The notes beneath the pieces are model-generated. The model ran no database searches and was not told the DNA's origin. It was given only the letters and a program-made list of their open reading frames with translations. This document shows positions 6,490 through 12,899 of a stretch of 12,899 bases of DNA, piece by piece (position 1 is the stretch's first letter; each line of letters opens with the position of its first letter). The stretch is taken from positions 1 to 12,899 of the forward strand of contig JBBRXO010000079.1 in assembly GCA_038248345.1 (NCBI GenBank), given 5' to 3'. Both the position numbers and the translations under genes were made by a program. The stretch is from Armatimonadota bacterium. Its GTDB lineage: Bacteria > Armatimonadota > Hebobacteria > CAIYQO01.

Positions 6490-7628
6490 TGCGAGTATTT
6501 ATCCTCACCGGTGAACCATCTGGCGATCTGCACGGCGCGTATCTGGCACGGGCGTTGCGCGCACTTGACCCCACCATCGTGGTTGAGGGCGTGGGCGGCA
6601 CGCGTATGCGCGAGGCGGGCGTGCAGCTGGCCATCAACAGCGAGCACTGGGGCGCTATCGGCATCGCCGAGGCGCTGACCAAGGTGCCGGGGCTGATCCG
6701 CCAGAAGGTACGGCTGACGAAGCTGCTGCGCGAGAACCCACCGGATGTGCTGGTCACCATCGACTTCGGCTACTTCAATGTACGCGTCATCCGCGATGTT
6801 CGCGCGTTCGTGCCCAAAATTATCTATTACATCCCCCCCGGTTGCTGGTCGCGCCAGCGTGCCGCCGGGCGGCTTCCCTTCATGGTGGATGCCATCGCCA
6901 CGCCCTTCCCCTGGTCGGCGGAAAACCTGCGTGCGGCGCACGGCACCGCGCAAATCGAATGGGTGGGCCACCCGCTACTGGATTATTGCCGCAGCGATTT
7001 TACCCGCGCCCAGGCACGGGAGTTGCTCAGCCTGCCTGCTGACCGCCCGGTGGTGGCGGTGATCCCCGGCAGCCGCAGCGCGGAGCTGAAGCATATCCTG
7101 CCCACCTTCCTGGCGACGGTGAAGCTGTTGCAGCCGCAGCCCGCCGTGCTCATCACCGTGGCCCCCAGCCTGGGCGAGGCGGCCGTGCGCGCACTGATAC
7201 CCCCCGGTATGGAGGTGCGGCTGCTGCGCGGGATCGACTACAACCTGCTGCAGGCCGCCGATGCCGCGCTGGTGACCAGCGGCACCGCCACGCTGGAGCT
7301 GGCCATCCTGGGTATGCCCATGGTGATCGCCTACCGCGTTGGCTGGCTGAGTAACATCCAAATAAAAATCCTGATGCTCACCCGCAAAAAGCGTGGGCTA
7401 CGTTTCATCGGCCTCCCCAACATCCTCGCCGATGCACCGATAGTGCCCGAGCATATCCAGGACGACGCCACCCCGGAGCGGCTGGCCGCATCACTCACCC
7501 CGCTGTTGACGGATACCCCGGAGCGCCGCTCCCAACTGGCCGCCTTCGCACAGATACGCCAGACCCTGGGAGCAGGTGGGGCCGTGGAGCGGACAGCGCG
7601 GATGGTGATGGAACTGCTCGGGAAATAG
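6489..7628 (+). CDS. lpxB: Lipid-A-disaccharide synthase (GT19)
   Basis: GEPSGDLHGA, GVGGxRMREAG, PDVLVTID..FN, VGHPLLD, PGSRxxE, SGTATLELA, PMVIAYR, IGLPNILA and VPE.IQ match my recollection of LpxB motifs. Length is 379 aa. Confidence 0.92.
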   Translation: MRVFILTGEPSGDLHGAYLARALRALDPTIVVEGVGGTRMREAGVQLAINSEHWGAIGIAEALTKVPGLIRQKVRLTKLLRENPPDVLVTIDFGYFNVRVIRDVRAFVPKIIYYIPPGCWSRQRAAGRLPFMVDAIATPFPWSAENLRAAHGTAQIEWVGHPLLDYCRSDFTRAQARELLSLPADRPVVAVIPGSRSAELKHILPTFLATVKLLQPQPAVLITVAPSLGEAAVRALIPPGMEVRLLRGIDYNLLQAADAALVTSGTATLELAILGMPMVIAYRVGWLSNIQIKILMLTRKKRGLRFIGLPNILADAPIVPEHIQDDATPERLAASLTPLLTDTPERRSQLAAFAQIRQTLGAGGAVERTARMVMELLGK

Positions 7629-7630
7629 GA

Positions 7631-8269
7631 TCAGGCTGGCGGCCCGTGTACCGTCACTTTTTTCGCCAACACCACTTCTTCTTCACCGACATTGGCGAAA
7701 ACCAGTTGCATATCTATCCGCAATCCAGGTAAGATACTCACTTCAGGCGTATCTTCACCGCCAAAAGTGTCAACAAGGGTCAATTTGCCTTCGGTATTAC
7801 GAATATATATCTGTACCCACTTCTCATCCGGGTGTACTATCCAAAATTCACGCACTCCCACGCGATCATAGAGCGCTTTTTTTACCTTCAGGTCTCTGGT
7901 TGCTGTGGCGGGCGAGAGTATCTCTACTACCATATCCGGCGCGCCGGTGCAGCCTCGACGGGTGATCTTCTTCCGGTCGCAAATCACCACGATATCGGGT
8001 TGCACTACTGTTTTCGTGTCTTCCTCACGCTCACCAGCATTGGGTAAAACCACATCAAATGGGGCGGCAAATACGCGACAGGACTTTCTCAATAGGAAAG
8101 TTGCCAACTGCCGATGCAACTCACCAGAGATCTCCTGATGGTCTACAGTAGGAGCCGGAGACATGTTATAGGCCACGCCGTCAATTATCTCCCAGTGTTC
8201 GCCGTCCGGCCAATGCAGATAATCGCCGTAAGTATATTCATATTCTTCTTTCCGCATTGCGAGCGCCAT
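7631..8269 (-). CDS. Uma2 (DUF820) family PD-(D/E)xK putative endonuclease
   Basis: YTYGDY..W...WEIIDG..YNMSPAP...HQ, VVQPDIVVICD, GAPDMVVEILSPAT and KKALY...GVREFWIVHP. RBS GGAGGT (8281-8276) lies 6 nt before the ATG. Confidence 0.92.
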   Translation of the reverse strand: MALAMRKEEYEYTYGDYLHWPDGEHWEIIDGVAYNMSPAPTVDHQEISGELHRQLATFLLRKSCRVFAAPFDVVLPNAGEREEDTKTVVQPDIVVICDRKKITRRGCTGAPDMVVEILSPATATRDLKVKKALYDRVGVREFWIVHPDEKWVQIYIRNTEGKLTLVDTFGGEDTPEVSILPGLRIDMQLVFANVGEEEVVLAKKVTVHGPPA

Positions 8270-8296
8270 TTTGCTACCTCCAGTTATCGTACCATC

Positions 8297-8325
8297 ATTT
8301 TATGCCAAAGTTGTTGTATTCGCAA
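8297..8325 (-). promoter_or_regulatory. Putative sigma70 promoter for the Uma2 gene
   Basis: On the minus strand, TTGCGA (8325-8320), a 17-nt spacer and TAAAAT (8302-8297), upstream of the GGAGGT RBS. Confidence 0.55.
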
Positions 8326-8374
8326 TACTCAACCCCTCACTCAATGCAGGAATTACCCCATCCCACGCGGAAAA

Positions 8375-8380
8375 TATAAT
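8375..8380 (+). promoter_or_regulatory. Possible -10 box for the GH15 gene
   Basis: Perfect TATAAT 29 nt before the ATG at 8410 in an AT-rich divergent intergenic region. There is no convincing -35 box. Confidence 0.35.
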
Positions 8381-8409
8381 TGTAATTCTAAGGAAATGAG
8401 AGCAAATAT

Positions 8410-10338
8410 ATGGCAGTCTATCAACCAAATGCCGTACTCGGTAATTCGCGTACCCTGGTGACTATGGGGGCGGCGGGGGAGATTATGACCTTCTTCTATC
8501 CGCATATCGACTTCCCGCAGAATGTCTACCAAGGGATGCCGGCGGTGTATCTGGGCACGCCGGGGCATGGGGAGTTCACCTGGACATATGAATCCTGCTG
8601 GCAGGCGAAGCAGGAGTATGTGCCGCGGCGAAATATCCTCGTCACCACCCTCACCCACGCGGGTGCTGGGCTGGAGCTGACGATCACCGACCTGGTTCAT
8701 CCTGAGCGCGACATCTTTTGGCGGCATTTCTCGCTGAAAAACGTCGGCAATCGGACGAGTGTCGGCACTTTGATGCAATACCTGGCGCTACGCCTGGGGG
8801 AGATTCCGCGCAAGAACTCGGCGCGTCGCCGTGAAGGCAGTTGCGCTATCATCCAATACTGGCGGCATATGTGCTTCGCCATGGGGGGCGACTGCTATGA
8901 CTCCTTCGCCATCGGCAAAATCGGCGCGGGCAACAGTGCGCGGCAGGATATGCTCGATGGTGCGCTGAACAATCAGCGGGAAGAGCTGGGTGATGTGGAC
9001 ACCGCCTACGCCTGGTACTTTGAGCTGGCTCCCGGGCAGGAACTCACCCGCGACTTCATCATCTCCGCCGGGCAGAATGAGACAAAATCACTGGATCAGT
9101 TGCATCTGCTGGAAGAGGCGGGGTTTGCCTCTGTCTACGCTGAGACGGATAACTGGTGGGGCGAATGGCTGAACAAAGCCGTACCGGTGGCGCTGGAGCC
9201 CTTATTGACCGAGACCTATTACCGCTCGCTGCTGGCCACACGGTTGCTCTACGACGAGCGCTACGGCTCCTTCCTCGCCGCGCCGGAGTTCGACCCGATG
9301 TTCGAGCGCTGCGGCGGCTACGGCTTCGTCTGGCCGCGTGATGCCGCCGAGGTGGTGCTGGCGCTGGAGCTGGCTGGCTTCCCCGATATGGTGGGGCATT
9401 TCTTCGATTGGGCGAAGCTGACGCAGCACGCCACCGGCTACTGGGATCAGCGCTACTGGTCGAGCGGCGAGGTGGGGCCAGGCTGGTGCAGCTTCCTAGA
9501 CAGCATCCAGATCGACCAGACCGGATCGATGGTCTATGCACTGGGCGCACATGAGAAATGCTTGCCGCACGAGCACTGCAGCGAGTTCCGCCAGCGCTAC
9601 TGGGCGGTGACGGAGAACGCCTGCGACTACCTGCTGGCGGCGCTGGGGGAAAATGGCCTGCATGAACAGGCCTTTGATCTGTGGGAGAAGTTCCTCGGCA
9701 GCTTCACCTACTCCAACGCCAGCATCTACGCCGCGCTTAACACCGGCGCGGCCTGGGCGGCCGCACGGCACCTGGATGGGCGGGCCACCGAGTGGACAGC
9801 AGCAGCGGAGCGCATCAAAGCGAAACTACTACGCGATTGCTGGAACGGTGAATACTTCGCGCGGGGCTATGACGCGGGTGGTAATATCGACTGGGGCGTG
9901 GATAGTAGTATGCTGGGCGTCTTCGATCCCTTCGGCATGATTACACTAGAGGTGCCGGAGGAGTGCGCTATGGTGGAGAGCATGGTACACACCGTGCGCA
10001 CGCGCCTGACCAAACAATTGCACGAAGGCGAGGCGATCATCCGCCACGAAGGTGACGACTATGTAGATGGCAGCGCCGGTGGGGTGAACACCCTGTGGCT
10101 GGCGCGGGTGATGTTGCGGCTGGCGTTGCACTTCCGCGACATTGATGTGGATAAATCCGAGGCCTACCGCACCGATGCCGAGAAATACCTGCGCACCGTC
10201 ATCGCCCGTGGCACGGATACGCTACTCCTCCCGGAGCTGATCGGCAGCGACACCACCCCCCGCTGGGCCGTCCCGCACGGCTGGGCCATGTCCAGCTACG
10301 TCCAATGCGCATTGCTGCTAGAGGAGCTGAAGAGGTAA
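8410..10338 (+). CDS. Glycoside hydrolase family 15 (glucoamylase/trehalase-like), cytoplasmic
   Basis: N-terminal LGN..TLVT....GEIMTFFYPH domain, AAPEFD, GGYGFVWPRDA, G.W.QRY, QIDQTG, DLWE (acid Glu), VDSSMLG, RHEGDDY and LLPE (base Glu). No signal peptide. Confidence 0.9.
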   Translation: MAVYQPNAVLGNSRTLVTMGAAGEIMTFFYPHIDFPQNVYQGMPAVYLGTPGHGEFTWTYESCWQAKQEYVPRRNILVTTLTHAGAGLELTITDLVHPERDIFWRHFSLKNVGNRTSVGTLMQYLALRLGEIPRKNSARRREGSCAIIQYWRHMCFAMGGDCYDSFAIGKIGAGNSARQDMLDGALNNQREELGDVDTAYAWYFELAPGQELTRDFIISAGQNETKSLDQLHLLEEAGFASVYAETDNWWGEWLNKAVPVALEPLLTETYYRSLLATRLLYDERYGSFLAAPEFDPMFERCGGYGFVWPRDAAEVVLALELAGFPDMVGHFFDWAKLTQHATGYWDQRYWSSGEVGPGWCSFLDSIQIDQTGSMVYALGAHEKCLPHEHCSEFRQRYWAVTENACDYLLAALGENGLHEQAFDLWEKFLGSFTYSNASIYAALNTGAAWAAARHLDGRATEWTAAAERIKAKLLRDCWNGEYFARGYDAGGNIDWGVDSSMLGVFDPFGMITLEVPEECAMVESMVHTVRTRLTKQLHEGEAIIRHEGDDYVDGSAGGVNTLWLARVMLRLALHFRDIDVDKSEAYRTDAEKYLRTVIARGTDTLLLPELIGSDTTPRWAVPHGWAMSSYVQCALLLEELKR

Positions 10339-10365
10339 AGCGGGTGTGGGCGGGATGATCCTATT

Positions 10366-10471
10366 GTCTTAACCCAGATTTTCATGATTATAAGGATACC
10401 CCTGATAACTGGGCCGTTGGGCAGGAAGTTATCAATAAAATCCTTATAATCCCATAAATCCGGGTTCAGAC
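10366..10471. repeat. Long imperfect inverted repeat (45-bp arms, 16-nt loop) between convergent genes
   Basis: 10366-10410 versus the reverse complement of 10427-10471 gives 34/45 ungapped matches, including perfect blocks GATTATAAGGAT and TGATAACT. Confidence 0.85.
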
Positions 10472-10501
10472 TACGGCCCCGGAGAGACAGACATACCCCC
10501 G

Positions 10502-12703
10502 CTACTTCACAACTTCAAACGCCACTGCTGATAGAATGCCCAGGGAAGTGTGTGTTGTGCGGGCTTTGGTGGTGGCGGTGGCGGGGATGTCGGTATCCAG
10601 GAAGGCTTCGATGATCAGGTTATCGGCGTAGCCTACATGTTTGTCATCGGCGACGAGGGTGAAGGTGACGCCGGTGGGGGATTTGGCCACATCCTTGAGC
10701 GTAATGCCCGCTGGCGGGTCAAGGAGCGTCAGCCGATTGGGGGCTGTCTGCCCGGCTTTAAGAGGGAGGTTCACCTTGAGTTCGCCACCAGATGGTACGT
10801 GTATTTTCTCCCCGGCGGCCTGGTTCAAGGTTAAATAATCTCGGATAGCGCCGCGTTTCGCCAGTATATGTAATTGCCCTTCCGGTACCAGGTGCATATA
10901 GGCGAATGCTTGCATTTCATGCTCAGCGGCGAGGACTGGACGGGTGACGGTTTTGCCCGCGATCACTGCACGTCCTTCCAACCCCAGTACGAACGGCCCG
11001 TTAATGACTTTTTGCGGAGGGATTAACGTCATGGTCATCCGCACAGAATCAAGCCCTTTCGGAATCCGTGCACCGCTCAATTGATACCTTGCATCCTTCA
11101 GGGTAATGTCAATATCCCCATCCCAGCCATCTTTGCGGAAAGCGTAGGCGGTGAACACCGTCGGGGTGCCGGGAGTCAGATTCAGCGCGGAGGGAGAGAC
11201 GCATACGGTAAAATCCCCCTGCGGCGGGCTGATGCGCAGATAGTAGTTGTAGTCATCCCCTCCCTGGCGCAGGGTGTTGGAAACCTGCACGAAGTACGTG
11301 CCATCGGCGGGTAATTTTGCTTGTAAATAGGAATCGGTGTAATTAGTTAGCAGTCCCAGCTCGCCATTCTTCACGTCATCATTCAGGGCGATAACTTTTC
11401 CGGTGGCGTCCAGCAGCCGCACTAGCGAATCCAGCGGCGAGCCCAGACGGCGGGCGTAAACCTCCGCCACTAGCGAATCCCCCGCTTTACCGGTAAATTT
11501 ATAGAGATCGACGTCACCATCCCGGCCAATTTTGCCTTTTATTAGCTCCGGGACGGCTACCTTCTGTGCGTTGGCGATATTATCGTTCGGTTCCGCCTCT
11601 TCCTGCTGGGGAATTTGAGCGAGGATATCCCCATTCACCACACTTGCCAGGCTTTGCAGCGGGTAGAGCGTCTGCCCCGGCGTCTGCTGTTCCAGATAGA
11701 TGCGATAAACAAAGTCCTCGCGTCCACGGTAGAGCGAGTCGCGGATGCGAAGAAAATAATTGCCATCCTGCGGCACCGTATAAAAGAAAACGGGGTCAGG
11801 ATCGAATCTGTTATCGCAAGCATAGGCGAGCTCTTTCCCCTTCTCATCGGTCAAAGCTATTGACGCCTGGAACCACCCGGGCACCGCATCGGCTAGGTAG
11901 GGGATCAGCTTGCGGGCATTGGCAGTAATAGCCAGCTTTTGTCCGGCTTTCAGTAGTAACGGGTAGCTGTCCATTTCGCCCGGCATTATCTGTCCATTCA
12001 GCACTACCGGCGCTTCCTGCACGAGTGGTGCCGTAGCTTCAGGATCATTGCGATCTTTCTCGTTGACCTCCGCCAACTTACTCACCTGGAAGATGATTGG
12101 GTTGGATAACCCCGCGGCAGTACGCACGCGCAAGACCCGGTCGCCCGGCATCGCGTCGGCATCGACTGTTACATTGATGGTGACATCCTCGGCGATAGGC
12201 GGCTTGGTTCGTTTCTGCCGGTTGAGGAACTTATCAAAGACCTGCCGCAATTGCTTCAAAGTCATCTTATCCAAATCGCGTAATTCTGGCAGATCAGGCA
12301 ACTTCACCGGCGGCGGCGGCGCGGTGACTACGGCCGGGACAGCCGGGACTACGGCAGGTGGATTGGCGGGCGCTAGCGTGGCAGTCACTTCCGGCGCGGG
12401 TTTGAATTTATCAATGAGGATATTCAACTGACGTTTGAGTTCATCCTGCTGGACATTTTTCAGCGGGCCATTAGGGCCTTCGTATTTGACGAAAACTGGG
12501 TGGACACCACTACCGGAGATATTGATCTCCCGGACGTCCCCGATCCGTTGCCCGCCGATGTTCACCTGCACAGTGGAGCCTTGCCCGGCCCCGGCGGGGT
12601 AAGCGTAGCCGATGTAAGGGCTTTGGGCGGAGGAAGCCAGGATAGCCACCACGCCCAGCAACATGAGGTATATTATGCGTAATTTTTTGAATAAGGTGCC
12701 CAT
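10502..12703 (-). CDS. Secreted PPC (pre-peptidase C-terminal)-domain protein of the DUF1501-associated type
   Basis: Signal-peptide-like N-terminus (KKLR, hydrophobic stretch, ASSA), then PYIGYAYPAGAGQG, GLSNP..F, two PPC-like repeats (NGQI..GEMDSY; EAEPND...AQ...G.I...GDVDLYKF, ARRLGSPLDS) and RKDGWDGDI. RBS AAGGAG at 12718-12713. I recognise no protease catalytic domain. Confidence 0.8.
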   Translation of the reverse strand: MGTLFKKLRIIYLMLLGVVAILASSAQSPYIGYAYPAGAGQGSTVQVNIGGQRIGDVREINISGSGVHPVFVKYEGPNGPLKNVQQDELKRQLNILIDKFKPAPEVTATLAPANPPAVVPAVPAVVTAPPPPVKLPDLPELRDLDKMTLKQLRQVFDKFLNRQKRTKPPIAEDVTINVTVDADAMPGDRVLRVRTAAGLSNPIIFQVSKLAEVNEKDRNDPEATAPLVQEAPVVLNGQIMPGEMDSYPLLLKAGQKLAITANARKLIPYLADAVPGWFQASIALTDEKGKELAYACDNRFDPDPVFFYTVPQDGNYFLRIRDSLYRGREDFVYRIYLEQQTPGQTLYPLQSLASVVNGDILAQIPQQEEAEPNDNIANAQKVAVPELIKGKIGRDGDVDLYKFTGKAGDSLVAEVYARRLGSPLDSLVRLLDATGKVIALNDDVKNGELGLLTNYTDSYLQAKLPADGTYFVQVSNTLRQGGDDYNYYLRISPPQGDFTVCVSPSALNLTPGTPTVFTAYAFRKDGWDGDIDITLKDARYQLSGARIPKGLDSVRMTMTLIPPQKVINGPFVLGLEGRAVIAGKTVTRPVLAAEHEMQAFAYMHLVPEGQLHILAKRGAIRDYLTLNQAAGEKIHVPSGGELKVNLPLKAGQTAPNRLTLLDPPAGITLKDVAKSPTGVTFTLVADDKHVGYADNLIIEAFLDTDIPATATTKARTTHTSLGILSAVAFEVVK

Positions 12704-12899
12704 CTACATAATCTCCTTGAGTCTGCCGCGCCCGGGCCCATCGTTAGAGGCGGGCATTACTTTCAAGTCGAGTCCGCGTGCGTTGGGTAGCGAGCTGTCC
12801 GGGTCAATCCCCAGTAATTCAAAGACACTGCCAATTAAATCTTGTGGGTAAACCGGACGCGACTTTACATATTCACCACGGGCATCAGATTCACCGACA
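12704..12899 (-). CDS. Partial CDS (3' end), DUF1501-family protein
   Basis: Manual translation of the minus strand from 12898 gives VGESDARGEYVKSRPVYPQDLIGSVFELLGIDPDSSLPNARGLDLKVMPASNDGPGRGRLKEIM*. This resembles the DUF1501 C-terminus (G.SD..G....RPV...DL......LLGIDP). Its TAG directly abuts the next ATG. Confidence 0.8.
   Translation of the reverse strand, partial: VGESDARGEYVKSRPVYPQDLIGSVFELLGIDPDSSLPNARGLDLKVMPASNDGPGRGRLKEIM

Noticed and set aside
6111..6971. 286-aa minus-strand ORF
   Set aside because: It lies entirely antisense to the hypothetical gene and lpxB and has no recognisable domain.
8316..8328. GTATT-CGC-AATAC palindrome over the Uma2 -35 box as an operator
   Set aside because: The arms are only 5 bp in AT-rich DNA and no regulator is nearby, so chance cannot be excluded.
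12309..12360. Short tandem repeats (GGC runs, GCCGGGAC twice)
   Set aside because: They encode the Pro/Ala/Val linker of the PPC protein and are not a separate element.
10502..12703. Annotation as a subtilase/serine protease
   Set aside because: I found no subtilase catalytic motifs (D-T/S-G, HGT, GTSMA), only PPC-like accessory repeats.
12663..12851. 62-aa plus-strand ORF
   Set aside because: It is antisense to the DUF1501-like C-terminus and the PPC gene start, both better supported.

Overview
A GC-rich bacterial chromosomal window from a diderm, LPS-making organism (lpxB present). The DUF1501/PPC genes suggest a PVC-, Acidobacteriota- or Armatimonadota-like lineage, which is inference only. 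Left to right: (1) a translationally coupled signalling pair, a CheB-CheR-coiled-coil-PAS fusion and a multi-PAS histidine kinase, with no receptor, CheA or response regulator in the window; (2) a small membrane-anchored hypothetical gene coupled to lpxB; (3) a low-GC Uma2-family endonuclease converging on lpxB; (4) a cytoplasmic GH15 glycoside hydrolase; (5) on the minus strand, a secreted PPC-domain protein and the 3' end of a DUF1501-like gene missing from the ORF track. The most notable non-coding structure is a 71-bp direct repeat (26-96 and 5940-6010, 67/71 identical) that brackets the cheBR-kinase pair and sits in mosaics of REP-like palindromes. Inside the kinase, a compositionally distinct 128-codon PAS module is bounded by 41-bp in-frame direct repeats. 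There is also a probable leaderless promoter for the lpxB operon and a 45-bp-arm inverted repeat between convergent genes. I saw no tRNA, rRNA, CRISPR array, integrase or transposase gene.
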